The notes beneath the pieces are model-generated. The model was not told the DNA's origin and searched no databases. It saw only the letters and a program-made list of their open reading frames with translations. From NCBI RefSeq assembly GCF_024521635.1, contig NW_026250431.1, forward strand, positions 248,001 to 312,000: a stretch of 64,000 nucleotides of DNA. Reading direction: 5' to 3'. Positions 13,459 through 25,025 of this stretch are shown here, piece after piece. The number at the start of each line of letters is the position of its first letter. The first letter of the stretch is position 1. This DNA comes from Tricharina praecox (lineage: Eukaryota). A program made the translations under genes and the position numbers.

Positions 13459-14139
13459 CGTGTGTCGTGTCGGTTGGGGGTGACGTGAGTAGACGGGAAG
13501 CTAGAGATCGTCGGTTTACATGTTGTCGAAAACGGCCGTTCTAGACCATGGCGATCCCGCCTACTCGATCTTTCCTGCCAGCCCCGTGAGGAACAGAGAT
13601 GAGGCTTTGTATGTACTCGCACGGTCACTGCCTACCAAATCGAAGAGAGAAAGAAAGAACGAAACATGGTCGTGTCTGGATACCCCGCAGTCACCTGACA
13701 TCGCATCACCGTTAAACCAGACGCGGCTGAACGAGAGAGTGATAGTTGATGGAGTATTTGTATGTACAGTGGACAAAAGCTATCCACCTCCTCATCAATC
13801 ACTGTCTGTGACCGCTTATGCGCATTCCCTCCAGCACATCTAACCTTTGTATATATAGGACGATGGATGCGAACGCGACGAAAGATAGCGCCACGTCTGC
13901 CAAGGCATCATCACCACTTGCGCATCACGTGCAGGCAGCGCCACACCACAATGGGAATATATGTGGCGCCGCAAGAATCGAGTGATCATGCATGATGTCC
14001 GCCGTTGCCACCCCAAAGATAGACAGACCCGAATCCACTCGCTTGTAAGTTCGCAACAGCTGAAACAGTAAAGACGACCATGTGAATTACAGGAGGAGTA
14101 TCAATGGTATGTAGCAGGGTGGTGTGGGACGCAGCTGGA

Positions 14140-15270
14140 ACTGACATCTCGTCTTGCCGATAGTGTTCGATCCGTGGCTGCGGGCCTTGGACGGACTTGT
14201 TGCCCACATGTTGGCACCGGGTGTGCACCCGGGTGCTGCTCTGCTTAGCTTTGCTTGCTTTGACTGTGCACTTTTGTTTTGTTTTGATCGTTTCTGTCGT
14301 CTGCCGCCGTCCGGGTAATTGCCTCGCTACCCCACAAAACCCGCATCGCGCCCACCCCCCAAGCTTCTTTCTTACACCACTTCATTTTCCTCTCATCTCA
14401 TCTTCTCCTGCCAACCAAGTAACAAAATCCGACACTCGGAAACATCACAACATCAAAACATCCAATAATCCCTCCCCACCCCTCATTCATACCCACCTCC
14501 AATTATGCCTAGACGCTGCTGTCGTGGACGAAGCGTCCGGAATATCTTGATAGTCCTGCAATGAAGGACATGGCTTCCTTGAAGCCGGAGTGGAAACAAT
14601 ACGAAGCAAGCATGCTCGTATACCCTCCCCCAATACTGCAGCTAGAGGAGGAACCTGAGCTCGCTGCACTAATCAACGAGAACAAGGAGAAGCGTTTTAA
14701 CTTGAGGCAAAATGTGTTTCCCCAGCTAACCTGTGATCGCCGAAGCGGCTGCTGACACTGAAACAGGCCTTCAAAGAATACGCTCAGAAGAACTGGAAGA
14801 TTAACATCACTCTCATTCAAGAGCCAGACTGGTATAATAAATGGATTCGTCCTCCAACCCGTAAGTTCTTCCTTCCCTGCATATTATATCCTATCCCGCC
14901 AACCTCTTGCTGATTGCAATAGCTTTATCACGCCGCAGTGGTGCTCGCAATACATTCTCTTCAGACAGGTGCTGTGTGGTTCCGTTCTGCAATACTATTT
15001 GCAACGGAGGTTGGTTTCGGTGCATTGCGGAGGGTTTGGCCTTGAAAACAACCACATGGGATGGGCTTCAGCCCCGCACATGACACTTGAAGGTGGCTGA
15101 TGTGCGTGGTCTGGTGGCTGCAGAAAGAATTGAGTCTTGGCGTTTTTGCCGTTTGCATGTGGAGTGATTGTTTTCTTATTTTTCTTGAGCATATCGGATC
15201 TGAATAGGATGGTCTTGAAGTCTTGTTCGTCGCTCATTTCCCAGAAGATATTTTGGTGTACATAGTGTCA
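14140..15270 (+). repeat. Dispersed ~1.1 kb cassette (copy 1) with a degenerate one-intron ORF
   Basis: 14140-14480, intron 14861-14922 and 15110-15270 align with the reverse complement of 27530-27880, 27207-27262 and 26920-27080. Confidence 0.85.
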
Positions 15271-15476
15271 AGTTCCGATTGGCAGCTGTGTGTAAGCGAT
15301 GCCTCTGGTCTAAATTAGTGTAGCACTGAGGCTGAGAAAATAAACTTCGCGTACTTACCCATGCACGTTCCCTGCCCGCCGCATTCTCTGTCCGCCGCAT
15401 TCTCTGCCCGCCACGCCCGTGCTGAACAAAACTTCACACGCGGAAGAAAAAAAAACAACTCACGCACACCGACACA

Positions 15477-16711
15477 ATGGCCGACGACGAGCTCCGCGGC
15501 ACGACCGCGATTGAACCTATGGAGTCATCGGACTCCATTCCCGCCTCGGACAAACCCGCGGCAGAGCCCGAGACCAGCGCCAGCAGCAAGCGGAAACGAA
15601 AGCGCGAGAGGGAAAAGGTCAACAAGCTGGCGACGAAGCTGGACACTGTGGCGCTGGCCCCAGTGGGCGGCGACTCCTCCTCCAAGGCCTCGGAACCTTC
15701 GACGCAAAAGCCACGGCCGAGCAACGGCAGTACCGCCGACGCCCGCCCTCCCAAGAAGAAGTCCCGCCCATCTACCGCGGCGCCCAAGCCGCTCAAACCG
15801 CTCAAGGCTCCCGCAAAACCTGAGAAGTTCAGCGAGGCGGTGGCGCAGATGGATCCGCTGCTTGCGGCGGACTACGTCGGGGTGAAGCTGCGGAAGTTTC
15901 AGAAAGAACTCAGCGCGGTCGAACTCGACGACAGGTTTATTCCCAGCGCCGCCTTCCTGGATACTACGTCGTACACCGGCGAGCGGGTTCTGGCGAATCT
16001 GGGGGATTACCTCGAGAAGAGTACACCCTCCCCTTGCTCATCTCCTTTCCTCTCCTCTCTACTGCTGCGCGGTATGTGTGTGTACGATGTACTGATGTGA
16101 GTGTTGGCTGGCTAGGCGTCGGTCCGCTGCTAGGGAAGGGACTGGAAGAGGCCTCGGAAACTCGTGGCGCCCCCCACACCCTCATCGTCACGGCTGCGGC
16201 GCTGCGTGCCGCAGATCTCTCGCGCGCGGTGAAACGATTCCAGACAAAAGAGTCCATGGTTGCCAAATTTTTCGCAAAACACATCAAGATGAAGGAGTCC
16301 ATCGAACTGTGCAACGGCTCGAGGTAAGCATTGCGTGGGGGGTCGGGGGTTATCCGGCAACACTGGGATTGAACCATGGCTAACCCTCCGCAGGATCGGA
16401 ATAGGCGTCGGCACGCCCGGCCGAGTCCTGGCGCTCATCCGCGAAGGTACCTAGGCAATCCACAATATAATCAGCTCACACTGCCGCGGCGCGGCGCGAT
16501 TCTCACTCACTCACTAACTTCATCTTCGGTGTACATAGGAGCGCTGAAGCTGGACGATCTTCAAGCCGTGGTGCTGGACATGAGCGCGATCAACGAGAAG
16601 CAGCAGGGCATCTTCGATATCCGCGAGACGTGCGCGAGCGTGCTGGATCTGCTGAATGAACCCAAGGTGAAGGAGAGACTGGGGGAGGAGACGAAGCTGC
16701 TGGTTTACTAG
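15477..16711 (+). CDS. CMS1: U3-containing 90S pre-ribosome subunit Cms1 (CMSS1)
   Basis: ELSAVELDD, LIVTAAALRAADL, AKFFAKHIK, RIGIGVGTPGR and VVLDMS.INEKQQGIFD motifs; three introns. Confidence 0.9.
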
Positions 16712-17300
16712 GCGAAATATTGTTTGGTTCTGGCCCGAACAGTGGGCGGGAATAGATTTGAAGAGTCGATGCTCGCGGGTTATAGATTTTTCTTGTTAAT
16801 AAACGGTGGAGAAAGACGTGTTGCTTGATTGTAGCCTCGTCAGGGCAGCCAGTCCCTTCTGTATACAAAGTTTCATACTAGATCCCGTGAAGAACCCGTA
16901 TCCAGACCGCGGCCGGAGGTGCTCCGGCATCGCCCACATGGGTGATGCAATCGATGTGAAGAAAAACGTAGCGGGTAATAAAGAAGCAGCGGAATAGTGT
17001 GTGGGGCGCGATAGTGTGAATTATTGTAGAACAGGAGAAGAAAGTGGAGAAACGGCATCGCGGTGGAGCAGCTAGGTAGTGGACTATAGACCACTGTAAG
17101 CACAGGAATAGACCCCTCCACCCTCCAATAGTGTTGCGTACCAGTCACCTCGACAAGAACCGTGAGGTGAAGCTCTTGGCCCGCCTTGTCAGCCTTTTGG
17201 ACCTGACGAGACGAGCTGGGGGAAGTCTCGCCTAGGATCATGGATTCTCACGCTATCTGTTCCTGAGCGATGATTGAAGATTACGTTCGGCGAACTGGCG

Positions 17301-17387
17301 CAGAGGGGGAAGGGAAGGAGTGCGACGGTTCGATATAGTCTAGATACGCTGCATGCGAAATAAAGCGAAGATCTCTCTCTCTCTCTC
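17301..17387 (+). mobile_element. 5'-truncated non-LTR retroelement 3' end with (TC)n tail
   Basis: Ends ATAGTCTAGATACGCTGCATGCGAAATAAA...(TC)n; TSD TCGGCGA(A/T)CTGGCG at 17287-17300 and 17388-17401. Confidence 0.8.
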
Positions 17388-17678
17388 TCGGCGATCTGGC
17401 GGGAGGAGGCCTGGGTACTTATTGTGGTTAAACTGGCGATGAGCGGCAGAGGATCCTCAGGGCTGAAGTGCATAGTGTTAGCGGAAGTTGGCACTTCGTT
17501 CGCGCTGGTCAGTGTCATCGCCATCTAAGTACTCGGACGGAATCTCGGAACTAACTCCGGTATTTCCAGGTCTTCGACTTGGACCTTCCATCGTCGACTG
17601 CCATCTGGATTTCTGAACACCTCATGTGTCTCAAATTATCCGAGACATGACGCGAAAGTCACCAGCAGGGAGTACCGA

Positions 17679-18457
17679 CAGTGCAGGCAACAGCCCGAAA
17701 AGCCCATGGGCTGGGCTGGGGCTGGTGGGCTGATCTGATAGCCCGGGCTGGCGCCAATGGGCTGGCAGCCCAGCCCAGGCTATCAGTTGGGCTGGGCGGG
17801 CTGGATCCTGGATTTGGTAGGGTAACACCACGACAATAGATAGGACACAGGCTCACGCCGGCGAGACGAAGGACTGATGTCCTCCTATATGGTATTTGTT
17901 TGGTAGGCAGCGGCGCCACAACGTGCCGGCTGGTAGGTAGCAGGGCCCTAACCCCCGGCCAGCCAGAGTAGGCAGGAAAGGAGCGTGACGTTTCGCCATA
18001 GTCTAGATAGGCTTCATGAGAAATAAACTGAAAGTCTCCCCCGAATGACTGAAGAAAGAGTATTGAACGTATCATACATAGGAAACAGGCCCACGCCGGC
18101 AGCGCCGTCAAGAAAGACCGGAGGCAACAGCAAAAAGAGTAGAGAATGTACATGCTTGTAAATGAAAGTAATTAACTTCCGCTTACTACCCGGGCTGCTA
18201 CTTGGTGTGAGACCGGCGCTCCCAGTCAGTTGCGCCTGACATCTGATTGAGGGTAATGTGGGAAGTGATTATATTGAGGGAGGTGATTCTGTTACGGTTG
18301 TTGTTGGGATACAGGTGGCCGCGCCGGATCACCCTCAACGATAATAGCAGCGAGACGCATCATTGGAACTCACTCGCTACGGCCCACCAGCCCGGGCTGG
18401 GCTACACGCGCCGGGCTGCGGGCTGGCTTTGATTGGGCAGGGCTGTTGCCTGCACTG
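17679..18457. mobile_element. hAT-type MITE, family A (779 bp)
   Basis: Perfect 18-bp TIR CAGTGCAGGCAACAGCCC; 8-bp TSD AGTACCGA at 17671-17678 and 18458-18465; subterminal GGGCT/AGCCC repeats. Confidence 0.92.
17878..18041 (+). mobile_element. Truncated non-LTR retroelement copy nested inside MITE A
   Basis: GCCATAGTCTAGATAGGCTTCATGAGAAATAAA 3' motif; TSD CGAA(G/T)GACTGA at 17867-17877 and 18042-18052. Confidence 0.75.
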
Positions 18458-18721
18458 AGTACCGACACAGACCTAGGTAGTCGACGTTCGCTTCGGTGTC
18501 CTTGTTACCACAGTTTCAGTCCAGCTTATGTAGCTAGTGAAGCACTAGGATCAGGAAGAACCTTTGGCAATTTTGATGCGAGATGGAGAGGACCGATTGT
18601 ATTTCACGCGAGAGGGATCGACAAGTATGCATAACAAAAGAGCCCCCTGTGTTCTTCAGGAGATCCTAGAGCCTCGCGAGTTGAATAGCGTGATCGGGCA
18701 AACAACAGCGGGAAGGCACAC

Positions 18722-18815
18722 TGATGAGAACGATGAAAGCAATGATGAGAACGATGAAACAGATAGACGATGAAACAGATAGACGATGAAACAGATAGAC
18801 GATGAACAGACAGTC
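18722..18815. repeat. Short tandem repeat, 16-bp unit GATGAAACAGATAGAC with degenerate GATGA units upstream
   Basis: About 3.5 copies visible directly. Confidence 0.85.
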
Positions 18816-19246
18816 TACAGACAGACCCCGATAAAATATGCAAGAGCTCTCCCTCTGAACGTTTAACCGCACCGAATCTAGTCCAGGTAGACAGGTCGGC
18901 GAAATTTCACCGCTCGTGCATCTGCCTGCATGCCCGCCGTTTCTGCTGTGTCCCACACTGGTCACTACAAGCTCGAGGTTATTTTCGCGGCGGTGCTTCT
19001 GCTTCAGTCGTCGGTCCGGTCCGCTTCACGGCCGAGTTCCCCGGAGGCTGAACCACGGCTGAAACGATGCAACTCAAAACTCAAAACTCACGCATCATCT
19101 CGACTCCATTTGTGCGGCGCCGCCGGTCGCCTCTTTCAAATCTTTTCTCAACTCCGGACCTGTGATCTTCCGAGGGATCATTGTATGCCACTCACCCGCT
19201 TCCTATTAGCATAAGTACCGCTGCGTCGTAAAACAACGTTTTTCTG

Positions 19247-19561
19247 CTATCTAGGGCCGAGAATGGGAGCGACGCATCTGCGGCCGAACAGGAGTGCCTG
19301 GCAAGTTATTGCGACTGCGGAGGGTGCGGATAGTGAGTGTGTGGATAAGTAATGAGTGTGAGCATGGTTTTCCTTTGTAAAACTGGTTGGTAGGCAGCGG
19401 CGCAGCAGCGGCGCAGCAACGGGCCGTGGTGGTAGAGAGAGCTTTCTCTCGACCCCACGGAGCTGGCAGGAATGAAAGGCTGGTAAGTTGGTGGTCGCCA
19501 TAGTCTAAATAGTAAGGCCACATGCGAAAATAAATTGATGTTCTCTCTCTCTCTCTATCTC
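19247..19561 (+). mobile_element. Truncated non-LTR retroelement copy (315 bp) with (TC)n tail
   Basis: Shares GGTAGGCAGCGGCGC and GCCATAGTCTA...CATGCGAAAATAAA with other copies; TSD ACAACG(T/G)TTTTCTG at 19233-19246 and 19562-19575. Confidence 0.78.
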
Positions 19562-20069
19562 ACAACGGTTTTCTGTGCCGTGATGTTTGGTCTTTTTTGT
19601 CAGGATGGTGGGTTTATTTTCTTTGCTGCCGCTGGTCATTTCTGTCTTTCCTACCTTTCCTGAGTTCCATCCAGCATCCGTCCGAGGGGAAGTGTCAAAT
19701 GTTGGACGGCCGGTGATGATGTCCGGAGGAGAGATCGTAGACGGCCGCACCGGAGATGAAAGCGTGACGGCAGATACGTTGGATCTTTCGTCTACCGTGG
19801 GGAGTTGTAGACAGGTCGAAGACTATCAGCGCGATCGAGTCCTGATTGCCGTGCCTTATGTACACCACCTGAGTCACTGGCGATTCATAACATACCGGTA
19901 GCGGATGCAACAGCTTCTAAACCTTCGCAGACAATAGCTTTGGGCCTAATCACATGTCGGCTGTGTACATAGGCCAGGCGAGGTACTATCTGACTACTAA
20001 TTACTAACTACGCCTTAGAGTCAAGCTATTAGTACTCTAGATACGGTTCATCAAGCGAATTATAGCGGT

Positions 20070-20527
20070 GCACAATCGCTCACTCGCTCGGGATGGATCA
20101 ATTGTCACTCGCTTTTGTGGCGAGATTTCTCGTCGGGAGTCGGGACAGGCCAGGGCGGCGGACTCGAGAGAATAGGAACTCGATGTGGAATAAGGACTCG
20201 AGGCGGAATTGGGACTCGAGGGGGAGAAAAGACTCGAGGCGGAGTAGGGACTCGAGGGAGCGGACGTTGTCTTTTCCCAGTGTTATTTCTTTGGTGCGCT
20301 GTTTCTCTACCGATGGGACAGGCCAGGGTAGAAGGTAGGGGAAGCCTCATCGGGCCGCTCGATCAAAGTCGGGTTGGACAATGGCGTGGAAGCGGAGTAG
20401 GTTAGCACAGGCTTATAGCGACGACAAATCACCTGGCGTGAGCCTGGCTGGGTAGCGGGCGAGGAAACATAGTGTGCCTACTGCCAAGCTCTAGATAGGC
20501 CGCATGCAGTTGATGATCAACCAGAAA
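20070..20527 (+). mobile_element. Truncated non-LTR retroelement, subfamily B; 5' boundary uncertain and may include an 18-bp tandem array
   Basis: 20320-20400 and 20485-20527 are homologous to the reverse complement of 28460-28621; ends TCTAGATAGGCCGCATGCA; TSD not clear. Confidence 0.6.
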
Positions 20528-21146
20528 TTATACTGCGGAATCTGGGAACGCTATCCTCCGCCGATATACTGCCCGGGTGCTCAAAGAGTAGATACTGATA
20601 GGCAGATACACGCCAACTTTTGAGCGATAGTGCGAGGTTATCGGTGGATCTTGTGGGAAGTGGTAAAAAGGGCGGCGCTCTTCGAACACCTACCGAGTGA
20701 GGGGAGGGAGGGACGGGAGAGAATCGCTTGGAGCCTCACTGCACAGTTCAAAACCTCGACGAGAAGGTGCACCAAAGGAACAACACAGGCTAGCCAACGC
20801 TGTCCCTACCCTCAATCCTGTTTTCGACGTTCCAAGTCCAACTACATCCCTCCTCTCCGACCCTCCTCTCCTTCCCTCCTATCCATCTCTCCTCTCCATC
20901 CCTCCTCTTCGTCTACCACTTCCTTCGGTCACCTCTCTCTTCTACTCTGTCTACCACCCTGCTCCACTATCATCTCTACTCTACATCCTAACCATCTTCC
21001 AAATACCACTCTCCACCATCATCTCTACTTCACATCTTAACCATCTTCCAAATACCACTCTCGAATTCACACCACTGCTCGATTCCAAACAAAACTCTAA
21101 CCCCTACCTCCCAAAAATCATTAATACGAAGAACATATCCTTCGCT

Positions 21147-23232
21147 ATGTCTCATCAAAATCGAACGGTAAGCGATCTTAATCCTGGCCTCAAGCCCCAA
21201 AATAAAAACAAAAACTCAGCTAATCGCAATATGAAAATAGAATCAGAACCGCAACCTTCACCAGACTCCAGAGATGATTGGCGCTGGAAATATGACCACC
21301 GGGCAATTGGGTGGACTTCCAAGAAATACACCTGGCGTCACTTTCCCGAGAGCCCTCGCTGGTGCCATTGGGTCTCCGGTTGTCAACCAGAACTATTCCG
21401 TTGCGCAAATTTTCTCCTTCAATTACATGGCTAGCACTCCCATTCAGGCTCGCCCTGGCATCGGAAGTTCCTCTGCTGCCGAGTTTCACGGAGGATACTA
21501 TGACTATCTCGAAGTATCCTCGCGCAATGGGACCAACCACGGCTCAAGGCATTCCTCTACCATCGAATCTTGGGCCACCATCCAGAGTCGGGCCATCAGC
21601 GAGACTCGTCGCATGGGCCAGCGTGCTGATATCGGCTTTCGCGAACTACAGGAAGCTGTAGCCAATTTTCAAGATCACGCTGACGCCCGCGCTTACTTTA
21701 TCTCTCAAGCTTGCATCGTTGCTAGATCTCTCCTTGCCCAGCCGAGCGAACTCACTGCCGATTATGAAGGCGCTTACGCAGAGGCTTGCGATAATGCGAG
21801 AGCTTTCCTTGCCGCGCACGACCCAGCTGCGGTTGGAACTGACGGTGTGCCGAACGACTACTCTACTACGTTTAACAGCCTGGCTGTCCTCGAGCGACCT
21901 CTCGGCATATCTTCTAACGATAATGTCAGACTTTACGCTAAGGTTACCGTGAACGAAGCTGGTGCGGATCTCGGAGGTGCCGCTGTGGGTACCGGTGGTC
22001 TTTACTCGAACTTGCTGTTGGAGAGGATGGATGGTGAGGAGGCGGGATTTACTATGGACTTCCCCCACAGGGATGATCAGAATGAGCAGGAAAAACGCAT
22101 CAGCCCTCCCCCCAGTGACGATGGCGAAGTTGAGCCCGGCAGATCAGGATCTCGCAGTCCTTCTGGACCCGACGGTTCCGGATACCCCGATTCTTCTCAG
22201 CCCGATAGTTCCGGATCCCATGGTCCTTCTCAACCTGATGGTTCCGGACCCCATGGTCCTTCCCAGCCTGATGGTTCCGGATCCCAATATCCTTCTCAGT
22301 ACGACAGTTACGAATCCCCCGAATCCCCCAAACACGGTGAGGATCCTTGGATCAGTCGGTCAACTGTTAAATTCGGTCCTGATGGTGGATTTAAGCGTGG
22401 TGCTGGACCATATCGCTACGGCGGACTCTCGAATTGCCGGGTCCTTGAGATTGTAATGAAGAATCCTGAGCTATTCCCACCCACTCCCGCGGGCCACGAG
22501 GAAGAGCAACGCTGCGAGTGGCAGGGCTGTGAGAAGTCATTCATGGGCCTGCAGAAGCTCTGGGAGCATGTTGAATTCGGCCATGTTGGACGCAAGGGTC
22601 TGCGCACCGGAAAAGGATTGGAATTGAATTGCAAATGGGGCACTTGCGAGGTTCGCTGCAAGAGACGGTGCTACATCCTCAGCCACTTGAGGGTTCACAT
22701 TCCCCACAAGCAGTGGCCCTGTCCCGTTTGCCTCAAGGATCCGGCCGCGGCGAACTACGGCCCGAAGGTTTTCAAGCGCAACTTCGATCTGGGAAAGCAC
22801 CTACAGAATTGCCATCCTGTGAATTGGGAGAAGATCACGGCTTACGCCCTTGGAGAAGGCGAAGTCGGAGCAGGCGAAGTCGGAGGTAAGCATGTTGATG
22901 TGGATGAGATTTACGGCGCCGACGAAGCTGCCAACAGCGGAGTACTTAAAAACTTCAGCGCCGACGAAGCCGCCAATAGCGAGGTGTCTTACTACAGCGC
23001 CGAAGAAGCCCGGCCTGCCAATAGCGAAGTGCACTACACTGCCGAAGAAGCCGCGAATATCGAAGTGCCTTTCTACAGAGCCGGCGAAGCTGTCAACAGC
23101 TCGGTGCTTCCTGCAACCGCCCCCACAGCCGGCAGAAAAGACGATTCTTACCACAAGATCGTTTTCGAAGTTCTCAACAGCTACCGGTTCTACAGCACCA
23201 ACAAAGTTGAGAGCTTGAACTACTTGGTTTAA
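21147..23232 (+). CDS. Divergent PacC/Rim101-type three-finger C2H2 zinc-finger protein (~670 aa)
   Basis: Exon 1 21147-21167, intron 21168-21240 (GTAAGC...GCTAAT...TAG), exon 2 in frame with the 652-aa ORF; CEWQGC..HVEFGHVGRK, CKWGTC..SHLRVHIP, CPVC..FKRNFDLGKH. Confidence 0.85.
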
Positions 23233-23272
23233 ATAAGTGACTAAGTAGTTCATGTTCTCAACTTTGTTGGTG
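23196..23272. repeat. 33-bp inverted repeat (hairpin) spanning the stop codon of the zinc-finger gene
   Basis: Arms 23196-23228 and 23240-23272, 30/33 complementary, 11-nt loop containing TAA. Confidence 0.9.
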
Positions 23273-24414
23273 AGCACTGAGCAGTTTAATTTGTCTGATA
23301 CAATGGGGGCTAGGTTAGTGAATGCGAAGTCCAGAACGAACGCATGATCAAGACGAATGCTAAACATCGTGGTGAGACAGGTATCTTTTTCTTTTTCTTT
23401 TTTGTTTTGTTCTGCCTGTGTGGAATTTCCAGGGGCGAATTTCTTTTCTTTCGATTTGTTAAGTTTTAATATGAAATTTTAATGGGCATATATTTTTTTA
23501 CTTTGTTCTTTTCATTTGCAGCGGGATATTAATCGGCGTGATCTTGGGATCTTGGGGTTTTGTACCTATTGCTTTCAGGTTTGGGTGACTCCGAGATGAA
23601 TCCGTCTCTGGCTCTGGGAGACACTGGGGGGAGTGCTGGCTCGAGTAACTGTAATCTGGTAAAATTTACTACAGATGATGTGCCAATCGTTCCAATGGTC
23701 GATGACATGAAGTGATGCTCTATTTGCTCTGCAAATCAATCAGTGCAACTTGCCGCCTTGGGGGTCGGGTCAAGCGTGTATGCTCTGAGCTGATAGGTAC
23801 GGACGCGGCAACGATTTCATCCTCGTCCGGCGTCACCCGTGTGGAAACCCAGGTGATAGCGTGTAGACTGGAGGCTTGTAGGTACTGGGCCATGTGCTGA
23901 CGGCAAGATGTATAGATATACCAGACTCTCGTCCGAAAGAGCCCACAGCCTTCCGACGTGATAGGTATATTACGAATCTTAAGCACGGAGAGAAGCAGGC
24001 GGGTTTCAGAGGATATCGAACGGCCTCCTCGACTCTCGAGAAATCGGAGACGGAAGCAGAGGGGAGAATAATTGTAGCGGTGGAGTTGAGCCAGTGAGAA
24101 GTAGGTAGGTGATATCTACAGGCCGCTTTGGTGAGCCCCGGTGTTTACTATAGGACCCACGCCCGGCATGCCTTCGGTCTCTCTGGGGCGGCCTTAGTGA
24201 TGTGGCCGCACACTGACGGTTTCCTGCTGGTGCAGACCATCCTACCTACCGCATTCCGTCCACAGACGATTCTTGCGACTGCCCTTCCCGGTTACCCTTC
24301 TTGCCAGTCCAACCCTGCCGCTACATAATCACCTGGACTGCGGAATATAGACAGGATCAGGAAGAGTGTGGTCCAACTCCGTGCTCTAGATAGGCTGTAG
24401 AGAATGAACCTTAG

Positions 24415-25025
24415 CAGTGTTCTACATAGACCAGTCCCGACCAAATTTGGGTATCGTCTGGTCGGTCTGAATATATCCCGACTAAAAAAAACTCTCGTCT
24501 GGTCGATCGGGATATATCCCGACTAAAAAAAAATCAGGTCTGGTCGGTCGGGATATATCCCGACCGATCAGACATAGGTCGGGATAAGTCGGGCTAAGAA
24601 AGTTTACACGTTGGAATTTGTAATCTTTACAGTCATTTATTCTACACCAGATCCTTGTCGTATAGCGCGGCCAACATCTCCCCAATTTCCTTCACATCCG
24701 CCTGAGTCGCCGCAATCATCCTATCCTTCTGCCAGATTTTGAGACATTACACAGCCTTTAGTGCATCATCACGTGCTAATGCTTTCTCTGCCAGCATTTC
24801 TGCGACAATTATAGTAACATTCCGCACGCACAACTATGACAGAAAATTTCCAGCTGATACGCTTATCTGTTATCCCGACGTTGGCCGACCTGGGCCGACC
24901 GAGCCTGGCAAGGTCTGGTCGGTCGGGATATATACCGTCTAAAAAAACTCTGGTCTGGTCGGGTCGCGATATATCCCGACCGACTCGTCCGGTCGGCCGA
25001 CCTGTCTGGTCTATGTAGAACATTG
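24415..25025. mobile_element. hAT-type MITE, family B (611 bp)
   Basis: 20-bp TIR CAGTGTTCTACATAGACCAG (1 mismatch); 8-bp TSD AACCTTAG at 24407-24414 and 25026-25033; subterminal CCGAC/GTCGG repeats. Confidence 0.93.

Noticed and set aside
23230..23244. Stop-codon readthrough or A-to-I recoding at the hairpin loop
   Set aside because: The stop is TAA and another in-frame TAA follows after three codons, so readthrough would add almost nothing
24480..24600. Repeated GGTCGGGATATATCCCGAC palindromic units resembling a CRISPR array
   Set aside because: They are subterminal repeats inside a TIR/TSD-bounded MITE; there are no unique spacers or cas genes, and the DNA is eukaryotic
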